A stretch of DNA of 64,000 nt from Candidatus Sulfomarinibacteraceae bacterium (lineage in GTDB: Bacteria; Acidobacteriota; Thermoanaerobaculia; Thermoanaerobaculales; Sulfomarinibacteraceae), in contig CAWCLO010000001.1 of NCBI GenBank assembly GCA_963796455.1, positions 352,001 through 416,000 on the forward strand, given 5' to 3'. A program made the translations under genes and the position numbers. This document shows positions 28,874 through 38,880 of the stretch, piece by piece (the first letter of the stretch is position 1; the number at the start of each line of letters is the position of its first letter). The notes beneath the pieces were generated by a model, which saw only the letters and a list, made by a program, of their open reading frames with translations, was not told the DNA's origin and did no database searches.

Positions 28874-30508
28874 CTAAAGCAACTTATGCAGATTCGCCAT
28901 CAGTGTGGTTTTGCGCACCCGCTTCTGAAACCTCCTGGTCTTGGCGAGATTGCCGAGGGTCGCGAATTTCCCGAGGCCCTTGCCATAGAGCATCGGTAGC
29001 GCAGCACTCAGGAACGACCCGAAGTCCTTGTCGTAGGGGTAGTACCAGGGCATTGCCTTGTCGCCGCCGGCGTCGTGCATGACATATTTGACGTTGACCA
29101 TCTCGTGCAGACCAAAGGCGCCGTGTGCGCGTCCGATCCCGCTTTCCCGAACCCCACCCCAGGAACCGGTCGGTTCACCAAATGCCACCGCGTGGTCGTT
29201 GATCGTGACCACCCCGGCATCGAGCTCGGCCTGCAACCTCTCCGCCGTTTTTCTCGACCTGGTCCAGCCCGAGGCGGTGAGTCCGAACTGTGAGGTGTTC
29301 GCCCGTTCGATGGCCTCGGTCAGCGATTCCACCGCCACCACCGGCATGATCGGACCAAAGGTCTCCTCGCGCAAGACCTCCATCTCGTCGGTGACCTCGG
29401 TGAGCACGGTTGGCGGGTAGAAAAAACCGGGCCCGTCGGGCAGCTCGCCGCCGGTGAGCGCTGTGGCACCTGCGGCCAATGCGTCCTCCACCTGACGAAC
29501 GACGATCCTGAGCTGACCTCTCGTAGTCAACGGGCCCATGTCGGTGTCAGGCAACGATGGGTCACCCAGCTTGAGCTGACGGGTCAGCTCGACGACCCGG
29601 GCCAGAAACGGATCGTGAATCGACCGCTCCACATAGACCCGTTCGACCGATGCACAGGTTTGGCCGCTGTTGAGAAAAGCACCCCACACGATTCCCCGTG
29701 CCGCGCGCTCGATGTCGGCATCGGCAGCTACAACGGCAGCATCCTTTCCGCCGAGTTCGAGTTGGGCAGGCACGATGCGTTCGGCGCAGCGCCGCGCGAC
29801 GTGACGCCCGATCTCCACCGACCCGGTGAACAAAACCTTGGCCACATCCGGGTGGTCCAGGAGAACATCGGTTGCGGCACCGGGCAGCGCTACCGTATTG
29901 ATCACACCCGGTGGGAACCCTGCGCGGCGGGCCATGTCGCCCAGCGCCAGCCCGGTCAATACCGTCGCCGATGCCGGTTTGAAGACCACCGTATTGCCGG
30001 CTCCAACCGCCGGCACGATCTCGGCCATCGGGATCCCGACCGGATAGTTCCACGGGGTGATGACCGAAAACACCCCGATAGGATCGAAACGGTAGCCTGC
30101 CTTCCAGTGGGCAAACAGGACCTGGTAGGGCTTGACCGGTTTGAAAGCCAACATTTTTTCGAGTTTGTCGGCGTAGTAGGCCAGGGTCTCCAGACCCGGG
30201 AACACATCCACAAGTTTTGCTTCGGTGACCGGTTTGCCGCCTTCCATCGAGACGAGCTTCGCTAGATCGTCGGCTTCGGCAAGCATGATCTCGAGCCAGC
30301 GGCCGATGATCTTGCGGCGCTCGGCAACTGGTGTCGCGGACCACTTCGGGAAGGCCGCCCGGGCCGACTCGACGGCGCGCCGAGCACCTTCGGTATCGAG
30401 GGCCGGTACTGAAGCGATCTCTTCTTCGGTAGCCGGATTGGTGGAGACGATGACGCCGGGACCGTCGACGTCTGCGTTGTCGATGATCGATTGAGTCACA
30501 TATTGCAT
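28874..30508 (-). CDS. Aldehyde dehydrogenase
   Basis: ITPWNYP, FTGS, LELGGKD, GQTC, EETFGP. Confidence 0.95.
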   Translation of the reverse strand: MQYVTQSIIDNADVDGPGVIVSTNPATEEEIASVPALDTEGARRAVESARAAFPKWSATPVAERRKIIGRWLEIMLAEADDLAKLVSMEGGKPVTEAKLVDVFPGLETLAYYADKLEKMLAFKPVKPYQVLFAHWKAGYRFDPIGVFSVITPWNYPVGIPMAEIVPAVGAGNTVVFKPASATVLTGLALGDMARRAGFPPGVINTVALPGAATDVLLDHPDVAKVLFTGSVEIGRHVARRCAERIVPAQLELGGKDAAVVAADADIERAARGIVWGAFLNSGQTCASVERVYVERSIHDPFLARVVELTRQLKLGDPSLPDTDMGPLTTRGQLRIVVRQVEDALAAGATALTGGELPDGPGFFYPPTVLTEVTDEMEVLREETFGPIMPVVAVESLTEAIERANTSQFGLTASGWTRSRKTAERLQAELDAGVVTINDHAVAFGEPTGSWGGVRESGIGRAHGAFGLHEMVNVKYVMHDAGGDKAMPWYYPYDKDFGSFLSAALPMLYGKGLGKFATLGNLAKTRRFQKRVRKTTLMANLHKLL

Positions 30509-30555
30509 GCGCGCATTGTATGACATCGACGAGGCGCGGCATCGCATTTTCGCAA

Positions 30556-31341
30556 TCAGATCAGGGCCCGCTCACTCCCCTTCTGATAGGCGTCGATCAC
30601 CGCCGAGATATCGTGCGCGCCGAGTTCGATGGCACGCCCGATCTTCGACCACTCCATCGTCCACCGGGCAACCGGCAGCTCCCGGCTGGGAGTTACGACA
30701 ACGAGGCGCTCTTTCCGCCCACTCTGTGCGATTTCCTGCTCGAGCTCTTGCAGGCCGTTGGGAGAACACGCGGCGACCCACAACTCGTCGAAACGATTCT
30801 CCGGAACCATCGAAAACGGAACCCGATGGACCAGGCCGCCGTCGAGATAATGCTCACCTGCGATCTCGATCGAACTGCGAAAACCGTTGATCCACGGAAC
30901 GAAGGCCGTCGCTCGCAGCATCATCCCGAACTGGTTTCTGCTCATAGCGCCCCGATTCGAAAAGACCCGGAATTCAACCTTCGGCAGCGGGAACCCGCCA
31001 CCCACGATCCGGGCCGTTCCCACCCGAACCTCACATTTCGCCGTCCGTGCCGCTTCGACGTCCATCGTCTGCAGGGTGATGTGCTGGATCAGACGATCGA
31101 CGGTGCGTCGTTTGCCGAAGGCCAGCCACGGATGGAGGGCGATGCGCCACGGGTCGGCCTGACGCCACGAATCAATCAGGGCATCGGCATCGCCGGCGGC
31201 AAACCAGGCCGCTGCGATGCCGCCGGCAGAGATTCCGGCCATCAATTCAAAATCGATGCCCTCGTCCTGGAAACGCCGCAGAAAACCCGCGTAGTAGGCG
31301 CCTCGATTGGCGCCGGAGGCGAGCAGGAGCGCACGCCGCAT
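30556..31341 (-). CDS. Patatin-like phospholipase
   Basis: SGANRG, GISAG nucleophile elbow, DGG. Confidence 0.85.
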   Translation of the reverse strand: MRRALLLASGANRGAYYAGFLRRFQDEGIDFELMAGISAGGIAAAWFAAGDADALIDSWRQADPWRIALHPWLAFGKRRTVDRLIQHITLQTMDVEAARTAKCEVRVGTARIVGGGFPLPKVEFRVFSNRGAMSRNQFGMMLRATAFVPWINGFRSSIEIAGEHYLDGGLVHRVPFSMVPENRFDELWVAACSPNGLQELEQEIAQSGRKERLVVVTPSRELPVARWTMEWSKIGRAIELGAHDISAVIDAYQKGSERALI

Positions 31342-31346
31342 TCGGA

Positions 31347-32123
31347 TCAACCCTTTCGGTGCACGTGAACCGCGGCCGCCTGAGCGGAGGGCATCAGGAT
31401 CATCTCGCGAACATTGGCGTGTGGAGATCGGGTGGCACAAAAGAGGACCGCTTCCGCGACGTCTTGACCGCTCAGGGGCTCGAGACCGGTGTAGACGCCA
31501 TCCGCCTTGTGGTGGTCGCCGTGGAATCGGACCAATGAGAACTCGGTCGCGACCATTCCGGGATCGACCGACGAGACCCGGACTCCGGTACCGAGGGTGT
31601 CGATCCCCACGCCACGATTGAGGGCGGCCACCGCGTGCTTGGTGGCGCAGTAGACATTGCCGCCCGGATAGGTTTCGTGCCCGGCAATCGACCCAATGTT
31701 CACGACGTGGCCGCAGCCATTTTCGACCATCGACGGCAAGACCGCCCGGGTCACGTAGAGAAGACCCTTGATATTGGTGTCGATCATTTCTTCCCAGTCC
31801 TCGATATCGCCCTGGTGGAGCGGCGCCAATCCGCGCGAAAGCCCGGCATTGTTGATCAGGATGTCGATCTCGCTCCAGGAATCAGGGAGGCCTTCGTGCC
31901 ACGCTTCGACGGCGCCACGATCGGAGACATCGAGTTTGCAGGCGAGGACCTCGCAACCGGAACGATCGCGGAGGCCGGCGGCCATATCTTCGAGTCGTTC
32001 GATGCGGCGCGCGGCAAGAATCAAGCGGCAGCCGGCGTCGGCGAATGTTTCGGCACATGCCGCACCGATTCCACTTGAAGCTCCGGTGATGAGGACGGTC
32101 TTTCCTGAGAGCTTGACTGCCAT
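31347..32123 (-). CDS. SDR oxidoreductase (YdfG-like)
   Basis: TGASSGIG, NNAG, YCATK. Confidence 0.92.
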   Translation of the reverse strand: MAVKLSGKTVLITGASSGIGAACAETFADAGCRLILAARRIERLEDMAAGLRDRSGCEVLACKLDVSDRGAVEAWHEGLPDSWSEIDILINNAGLSRGLAPLHQGDIEDWEEMIDTNIKGLLYVTRAVLPSMVENGCGHVVNIGSIAGHETYPGGNVYCATKHAVAALNRGVGIDTLGTGVRVSSVDPGMVATEFSLVRFHGDHHKADGVYTGLEPLSGQDVAEAVLFCATRSPHANVREMILMPSAQAAAVHVHRKG

Positions 32124-32157
32124 TTCCGAGTCCCCCTTTTGTGAGGAGACATAGTAA

Positions 32158-32549
32158 CTCGATACTCGATGCTCGATACCGGATCGATTCGCGTTCCGGA
32201 GAAACCGCAGATCACGCAGATGAACGCAGATCACGCATCGCAATTGCCAGCGATAGAAAACGTCCCGATGGGTCAATTCGATGGCAAACCCCACACTCCC
32301 ACGTCACAACCAACAAGACACCAAGGAACACCGTTGAGTTCATCGTGCCCGACAAGAGAGCTCTGTCAGAATCGGAGTCCGTTCTTCATCGGAAATCGAT
32401 AAGAGAATTTGAGGTCAGTATGTACTTGGCGATTTCTTGGTGTTCTTGGTGTCTAGGTGGTGAATGATTCGCCACCATCCAGTGGGAACTCCCTGGATAG
32501 AGCGATAGCGATTGCGACGGTCAATCTGCGTTCATCTGTGTGATCTGCG
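32158..32549. repeat. Nested composite repeat island (7-mer and 9-mer inverted arms)
   Basis: CCGCAGATCACGCAGATGAACGCAGAT at ~32206 is inverted at ~32524; inner CACCAAG/CTTGGTG arms. Confidence 0.65.
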
Positions 32550-32589
32550 GTAACTCCGGTTGACCCAGCTACCGGACCGGACGACAGGC

Positions 32590-32620
32590 AAAAAAACCGC
32601 CCCGGTTGAACCGGGGCGGT
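32590..32620 (-). terminator. Terminator after 32647-33489
   Basis: ACCGCCCCGG/CCGGGGCGGT stem plus T run. Confidence 0.8.
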
Positions 32621-32646
32621 GTGCAGTCGGAGTGAATCTCGTGCGA

Positions 32647-33489
32647 TCAGTCTTCTTCGTGCGCCTTGACGATTCGTTCCTTGTGAATCTCGACCAGGCG
32701 AACGGCCACTTCACCGTCGACCTTTTCCATCACGCAACCCGTCACAGGATCGATATAGCTCTCGAGCAACGCGTCATCCTTTTTGACGGTCAGCATCGAG
32801 CCCGTCTCTTCACAACGGTAGTGGGCGAAATCGCCGCCACCCACATGCACGCCCGATTTGATCATCACCGGATGGGCGCCGTGACCGGCGCTCTTCCATT
32901 TGTAGATCTTTTTGCCATCCTCGGTGGTGTCGACATCGAAGTCGTCGCCGAATTTCTCGCGCATGGCGTCAATATCGATCTCGCCCTCGTCACCCTTCAT
33001 GATGATGACATCGTGGTCACCCGGGTGTCCGTCACTGATAAAGATGGCATCACCTTCGCCCTCGTAATCACCGAGGACATCCACAACCACTTCGTCGCCA
33101 TCGCCCCGTTTGATGATCTTGACTCGTTTGACGCCGTCGCCCATTTCTTCGTCATCCGTCACCCACACGTGATGGGCATCTCCCTCGCCAAAGTGCTCCA
33201 TGAGCATGGCGTGGCCGTCGTGACCGTCGTGGACCAGGGTCAATTCGTCGCCGACGCGACGCACCGTGAAGGGATGTCCGCCGACCTCGTAATCGAGTTG
33301 CTGGCCGTCCGCGAGGTCATCGAGCGCGATGACTTCGGTCTCGCCGTTGACGTCGATGGTCAGTTCCTGACCGTCCTCGTTGCGCACCTCGACCTTCATG
33401 ACCTTCTCTTCAGCAAACACCCACACGGCGCCGACGATCAGAACCAGCGCTGCCGCCACCAGATATTTCGTCCAGTTCTCTCGATTCAT
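32647..33489 (-). CDS. Secreted acidic His-rich hypothetical protein
   Basis: Signal peptide; D/E/H/G-rich; C-terminal C...DPVTGC. Confidence 0.8.
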   Translation of the reverse strand: MNRENWTKYLVAAALVLIVGAVWVFAEEKVMKVEVRNEDGQELTIDVNGETEVIALDDLADGQQLDYEVGGHPFTVRRVGDELTLVHDGHDGHAMLMEHFGEGDAHHVWVTDDEEMGDGVKRVKIIKRGDGDEVVVDVLGDYEGEGDAIFISDGHPGDHDVIIMKGDEGEIDIDAMREKFGDDFDVDTTEDGKKIYKWKSAGHGAHPVMIKSGVHVGGGDFAHYRCEETGSMLTVKKDDALLESYIDPVTGCVMEKVDGEVAVRLVEIHKERIVKAHEED

Positions 33490-33558
33490 GCAATCCTCCG
33501 CTTATATTTTTCGGCCGCCAGATGAGGTCCCCGGCCTTTTTCTTCGTCCTTCAAGAGA

Positions 33559-33574
33559 GCAAGCGCCGTGCCAA
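33559..33574 (-). promoter_or_regulatory. Sigma54 -24/-12 promoter
   Basis: TTGGCAC-GGCGC-TTGC, a consensus match. Confidence 0.85.
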
Positions 33575-33598
33575 CTCGTGGCCGCGCCTGAAGCCCCA

Positions 33599-35029
33599 TC
33601 ACCTTCCCACCTCGGGAGATGAGTTCCCCATTTCGGGAGATTCAGCTTTCTCATCAGCATCCTGCCCGGCCATTGCGTATTTTTCCAAGCGATAGAGCAG
33701 AGCCTTGTATCCGAGCCCGAGCAAACGGGCAGCCGCCGCGCGATTGCCCTGAGAACGCTCGAGCGCCTGCCGCAACAAACCGGCCTCAACCTCTTCCCAA
33801 ACCAGCCCCTCGGGTGGGAGTTCGAAAGGGCAACCCTCGCCGGCTCGTGCACGGCGAAATTCGGGAGGAAGATCATCGGCGCTCACCTCGCCGTTCTCAG
33901 CCAACAACACCAGGCGTTCCACCATGTTGGAAAGCTCGCGGACGTTGCCCGGCCAGCCATGTTCCATCATCTGTTTCAACACGGTCGAGGGGAGGGATCC
34001 GACCGAAAGCCCATGACGAACGGATGCCTGGTCGAGAAAGGCGGCCGCGAGCAGCGGCACATCTTCCGATCGTTCGCGCAACGGCGGAAGCTCGACCGGC
34101 ACCACGTTGAGTCTGTAATAGAGATCTTCCCGAAACCCGCCCGAGTTCACCAGGGCCGGCAGGTCACGGTTCGAAGCCGCAATGACTCGCACATCACACG
34201 AAACCTCGCCACTGCCGCCGACCCGCGTGAAATTTCGCTCCTGCAACACCCGCAGAAGAGTGGCTTGCAGGGGCATCGGCATCGATGCGATCTCGTCGAG
34301 GAACAGGGTCCCGCCGTCGGCTTCTTCGAAGCGGCCTTCACGCCGCCGGTGGGCCCCGGTGAAGGCGCCCTTTTCGTGCCCGAAGAGCTCGCTTTCGATC
34401 AGGCTTTCGGGGATCGCCGCACAATTGACGGCGACAAACGGTTGTGTGGACCTTCGACTGGCGCGGTGCAGGGTTCTGGCCACCAGTTCCTTGCCGGTTC
34501 CGGACTCGCCCACCACCAATACCGTGGCATCGGTGGCGGCCACCTTTTCGATGGTCCGGTAGAGCTTTCGCATCACATCGGAACGACCGATCAGCTCCCC
34601 GTAGCCGTCGCTCTCGCGGATGACTTCCCGCAGCTTGATGTTCTCGCGCTGGAGATCGTGGGTCCTCAACACCCTCTGGATCGCCAGTAGGAGGGCGTCC
34701 CGCTCGAAGGGCTTGCCGAGATAATCATCGGCGCCCCGCCTGACCGCATCGACCGCATGGGCGATGGAACCGTAGGCCGTCATGACGATGAATGCGCATT
34801 CCAGAGATCGCTTCCTCACCATGTCGAGCAACTCACCACCGTCGCGACCCGGCATCCGCCAGTCGCACAAGATGATCTCCGGCACCCGCGTGTCGAGGAT
34901 CTCGAGCGCTTCATCGACGGTGCGGGCTTCGCTGACCTCATATCCATCACGGCTGAGGATGTCCGAAATCAGCCGACGCTGGGCGACCTCATCTTCGACC
35001 AACAGCACTGTAGTCACTGGGTCACTCAC
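33599..35029 (-). CDS. NtrC-family sigma54 response regulator
   Basis: REC domain, GESGTGKE, GAFTGA, WPGNVREL, Fis-type HTH. Confidence 0.96.
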   Translation of the reverse strand: MSDPVTTVLLVEDEVAQRRLISDILSRDGYEVSEARTVDEALEILDTRVPEIILCDWRMPGRDGGELLDMVRKRSLECAFIVMTAYGSIAHAVDAVRRGADDYLGKPFERDALLLAIQRVLRTHDLQRENIKLREVIRESDGYGELIGRSDVMRKLYRTIEKVAATDATVLVVGESGTGKELVARTLHRASRRSTQPFVAVNCAAIPESLIESELFGHEKGAFTGAHRRREGRFEEADGGTLFLDEIASMPMPLQATLLRVLQERNFTRVGGSGEVSCDVRVIAASNRDLPALVNSGGFREDLYYRLNVVPVELPPLRERSEDVPLLAAAFLDQASVRHGLSVGSLPSTVLKQMMEHGWPGNVRELSNMVERLVLLAENGEVSADDLPPEFRRARAGEGCPFELPPEGLVWEEVEAGLLRQALERSQGNRAAAARLLGLGYKALLYRLEKYAMAGQDADEKAESPEMGNSSPEVGR

Positions 35030-36567
35030 TCGCGATCTCCCTCGCTGGCGCCTTCCGCGACCGACGGGAGGGTCACCGTCGCTACGGTTCCACCGCCGTC
35101 GGCGTCTTCGATCGCGAGACTGCCACCGTGCATACCGACAATCAACTGCTTTGCCAGGAACAGACCCATCCCGGAACCACCCACTTTGGTCGTCACGTGC
35201 GGCGAGAAGAGCTTCTCGCGGACTTCCTCCGGAAGCCCGGGCCCATCATCTTTGACCCGGACGATGACCGCGTCGTGAGCCCGTTCGAGACCGACAACGA
35301 CGGTACCGCCCGCCGGCGAAACCTCGATCGCGTTCTCCACCAGGTTGGCCAGGGCAGCACGAACGGCTCCGGCAACAACCCTGGCCCGGAATTCGCCATC
35401 GATCCCCTCGACCTTGATCTGGGCTCCCTCCTGGACCGATTCAAGTGCGACCCCGTCGACGATTTCCGCGATATCGACTTCTTCCGCCTGCGCGGATTCC
35501 TCCGCCCCGAGGGCGAGAAACGATCGCAGCCAACGATCAATTCTGCGAATCTGAGTGCGTGAGGTGGTCACCAGACCCCGATTGTCATCCTTGCCATCGG
35601 CGAGTTCCTCGACAGCTAAACCAAGCGTATGCAATGGATTACGAAGCGTATGAGCGAGGCCACGAGAAAGATCTCCGAGTTGGGCGAGATGTTCCCGCTT
35701 GCGCCATTCTTCGCGTTCGCCCTCGAGCAAAGCCAGCCGGGTCGACATGGTGTTGAAGGCGTTCTGGAGGTCGCCGATTTCCCCGGTCGCCGAAACCGGC
35801 ACCTGGACGCCGAGATGCCCTTCTCCCAGGGCCTCGGCACCATCTGCCAGCGAGCGCAGAGGCCGCACCAAACGCCGCGACATCACGGCCGATGCGAAGA
35901 GCCCGACAAGCAGCAACAGTCCACCGACAGCCGCACCTTCGCGCATCGTCCCCTGCACCCTTTCCACAGTCGGTGATGTCGGAATAGGAATGCGATGAAG
36001 ATCCTGGATCTCGTCTTTGACGACCAGAATCCGGTCGCTCCGTCGTTCGCCGAATTCCACATCGACCTTGAGCCGTTGCACATCCTCTGTGACCTCTCCG
36101 TCAGGTCCGAGGCGGCGGACAATCCTCTGCACGTATCGCTGATCCTCTGACTCTCCCTCGGCCCCACGCACCAGCAACTCGATCTTTCCTTCGACCATTC
36201 CGTCACTGATCCCATCCTCGGTGAACTCCGCATCGATGTCGTGTTCATCACCAACGACAACTTGCGGAATCGGAATCTTGACGATATGGACTTCGCCTTT
36301 TGCGCCGTGCTCCACCACCGTGTCGAGATCGGTCAGTGACCCTGCATCATCCGTTTCTCCAACCCAGACAATCCCCTCGCTATGTCCCTCGTCATGACCG
36401 AAAAAGACATTTTCAGCTGTGAGGATTTCACGCCCTACCGTTGTTGCCACGTTACCGAGTTCTTGTTCGATCGATCGCAGCTGACGCGAGTACAGCCACC
36501 ACTGCAGCCCCATCAGAGCGAGCACAAGGGCCGCGGTGCCGAGAAAAAGTCGAGTCTGAATTCGCAT
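35026..36567 (-). CDS. HAMP sensor histidine kinase
   Basis: Two TM helices, HAMP, H-box AHTLRNPL, DDGPG, GSGMGL. Confidence 0.93.
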   Translation of the reverse strand: MRIQTRLFLGTAALVLALMGLQWWLYSRQLRSIEQELGNVATTVGREILTAENVFFGHDEGHSEGIVWVGETDDAGSLTDLDTVVEHGAKGEVHIVKIPIPQVVVGDEHDIDAEFTEDGISDGMVEGKIELLVRGAEGESEDQRYVQRIVRRLGPDGEVTEDVQRLKVDVEFGERRSDRILVVKDEIQDLHRIPIPTSPTVERVQGTMREGAAVGGLLLLVGLFASAVMSRRLVRPLRSLADGAEALGEGHLGVQVPVSATGEIGDLQNAFNTMSTRLALLEGEREEWRKREHLAQLGDLSRGLAHTLRNPLHTLGLAVEELADGKDDNRGLVTTSRTQIRRIDRWLRSFLALGAEESAQAEEVDIAEIVDGVALESVQEGAQIKVEGIDGEFRARVVAGAVRAALANLVENAIEVSPAGGTVVVGLERAHDAVIVRVKDDGPGLPEEVREKLFSPHVTTKVGGSGMGLFLAKQLIVGMHGGSLAIEDADGGGTVATVTLPSVAEGASEGDRE

Positions 36568-36624
36568 GAATCGCTCCTTGAGGGAGTATACGCACCGTTC
36601 CGGCGTTCTCCGCACGAAGATGAA

Positions 36625-36640
36625 GCAAGGGTCATGCCAT
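36625..36640 (-). promoter_or_regulatory. Sigma54 -24/-12 promoter upstream of the kinase
   Basis: TGGCAT-GACCC-TTGC. Confidence 0.7.
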
Positions 36641-37295
36641 CTATATGAACGGGAGTGACGGAACCTGGGGGAATGGGAGGCCATGGATCAGCAACGCGGG
36701 AATGCCTGGTTCACATCGAACGTCGTCTCGTGCTGAAGATCAGAAGTCGGGAGAGAACCAACGTGTGGTCGCCCTTTCTCCCTTTCTCCCTCTCTCCCTT
36801 TCCTTCGTTCTGCGCCGGGCGCAGCAATGAGGGCGAAAACAATCAGTCGTCGGAGCCTTGACCGCCCCGATCGGTGCGGCGAATCTCCCACCGGCCCATG
36901 AATTCCACCCAGTTCAGTGGTGATCCCCCGTTCCAGCTCTCGACAAAGATCGGGCTGCTGAGGCTGGCTGTCCGCAACGGCAATTCGCTTCGCACCGCTC
37001 GGCGGTGGGTCGTGCCGGTCTTTGGCGGCGCCGAATTTCTCCTGAAATATTTCATCGTTCTCCGAAAGGCCTCCGCGACGGCTGATGGTTGGATTCGTTT
37101 CGGTATACGTTCTTCGATCACGATCTGTCGTTCTGTATACGGGCCAACCCTGATGTTCATCGGGATATTCTCCCCGACGAACACATCTTTTTGACATTTC
37201 GCCGCGGTGTTAAGATGTGTCCATATGACCAGGGTCACCTTTTGCCCCGGATCTCGCCTCGTCAGACACGGCCGGACGGATCCGCACCCCCATCG

Positions 37296-38231
37296 ATGGC
37301 TATGAACAAACCCGTCACCAAGGTGCCCCGCGTCTGGGCGATCGGCGGCGGTAAGGGCGGTGTCGGGAAATCGGTTATCGCTTCGAATTTGGCGGCAATC
37401 CTCGCTTCGAACGGTCATCGTGTGGCCCTCGTCGACGCGGATCTCGGCGGTGCAAATCTTCATACCCTGCTCGGTGTGCCCAACCCCAGGGCGAGCCTGT
37501 CAGACTTTCTCGCAAAAAAAGTCGATTCCCTGGGCAAGGTCATGACGCCGACCTCCGTCGAAAACCTGTGGCTGGTCAGCGGAGCCAAGGCATTGGTTGA
37601 AATCGCCAACCTCAACTACGGCCAGAAGGCGAAAATGCTCCGCCATATCCGGAGCCTTGCAACCGATCACGTGGTTCTCGACCTCGGCGCGGGGAGCGCC
37701 TTCAATGTGCTCGACTTTTTCCTTGCCGCCCGCAAAGGCGTTCTGGTGGTTGTTCCGGAACCGACCTCTGTCGAAAACTCGTATCACTTCCTCAAAGCGG
37801 CTTTTTTCCGCAAGCTCAAACGAGCCGAACCACGCGATCAGGTTCGCGCTGCCGTCGGCGAAGCCATGAAACCCACCCCGCAGGGGGCAATGGTTCGGAC
37901 GCCACGGGAACTGATCGCGCGGGTCTGGGATCTGGATCCAGAGGCTGGTGCAGCGATGATTGACGAAGCAAATCAATTCCGACCGGCACTGGTTGTGAAC
38001 CGGGTCAACGGTGAACGCCAGGAGCGCCTCGGCCACGACATGGTGACCGCCTGCCAGGATTATTTCGGTGTTCGGCTCCAGTTCCTCGGCGCACTCCCGA
38101 TGGACCCGATCGTGGCGCGGTCGGTCATGGATCAACGCCCTGCCGCAAAATTCTATCGAGAAATTCCATTCATCGCGGCCCTTCGTACGGTCGTCGACAA
38201 CCTCACTTTTGTTCGTCCGAGGCCCTCATGA
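37296..38231 (+). CDS. MinD/FlhG(FleN)-like P-loop ATPase
   Basis: GGKGGVGKS, DADLGGANL, DLGAG, PEPTS. Confidence 0.9.
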   Translation: MAMNKPVTKVPRVWAIGGGKGGVGKSVIASNLAAILASNGHRVALVDADLGGANLHTLLGVPNPRASLSDFLAKKVDSLGKVMTPTSVENLWLVSGAKALVEIANLNYGQKAKMLRHIRSLATDHVVLDLGAGSAFNVLDFFLAARKGVLVVVPEPTSVENSYHFLKAAFFRKLKRAEPRDQVRAAVGEAMKPTPQGAMVRTPRELIARVWDLDPEAGAAMIDEANQFRPALVVNRVNGERQERLGHDMVTACQDYFGVRLQFLGALPMDPIVARSVMDQRPAAKFYREIPFIAALRTVVDNLTFVRPRPS

Positions 38232-38767
38232 CAGTCCGCCAGGAGGACTGGGATGTGCTCGGCCTCGAAGCGGATGCGGATCTTGCCGCCGTCAAAAAGG
38301 CCTACCGCCACCGTCGCTCTTTATATGAGCCCTCTGCACTCGCGACATACAGTCTGCTTGACGACGAGGAACGTACAGAGGTCGCGAACCGAATCGAGGA
38401 GGCATACCGTAGAATCATGGAATACCTTGTTCCGGAGGAAGCCGTCGCAGCGCCGCCACCTCCTCCACCGGAGAAAGTGGATATGCCTACCGGTCCCGCG
38501 CCGGATCCAGTCGAAGATCCCGGTCGACACCTGCGCCACCAGCGGCTGACCAGAGGATTGTCGATCGATCGGATCGCCACCGCCACGAAGATCAGCGCGT
38601 CGATCCTCAAACAGATCGAAAACGAGGACTTCGATGCTCTCCCGGCGGCCGTTTTTGTTCGCGGCCACATCGTTCAACTCGGCCGCGAGATCGGCATCAC
38701 CGATATCGAGGGTCTGGCCAAGTTGTATATGGCGAAGATGGCCAACTCCGTCGACGACGAGGCTTGA
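38228..38767 (+). CDS. J-domain-like N-terminus plus RodZ-type HTH protein
   Basis: WDVLGL...VKKAY; LRHQRLTRGLSI...IENEDFDALP. Confidence 0.75.
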   Translation: MTVRQEDWDVLGLEADADLAAVKKAYRHRRSLYEPSALATYSLLDDEERTEVANRIEEAYRRIMEYLVPEEAVAAPPPPPPEKVDMPTGPAPDPVEDPGRHLRHQRLTRGLSIDRIATATKISASILKQIENEDFDALPAAVFVRGHIVQLGREIGITDIEGLAKLYMAKMANSVDDEA

Positions 38768-38880
38768 GAGGGCCCGGTCGCTCGATGCTCGATGCTCGAT
38801 TCTGGATGCTGGATCGTGTCGCGTTTCGGAGAAACCGCAGATAGCGCCGATGAACGCAGATCAGGCATCCAGCATCCAGT

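Noticed and set aside
36843..37200. Small ORFs between the kinase and the MinD-like gene
   Set aside because: No recognisable motifs; the coding strand cannot be decided.
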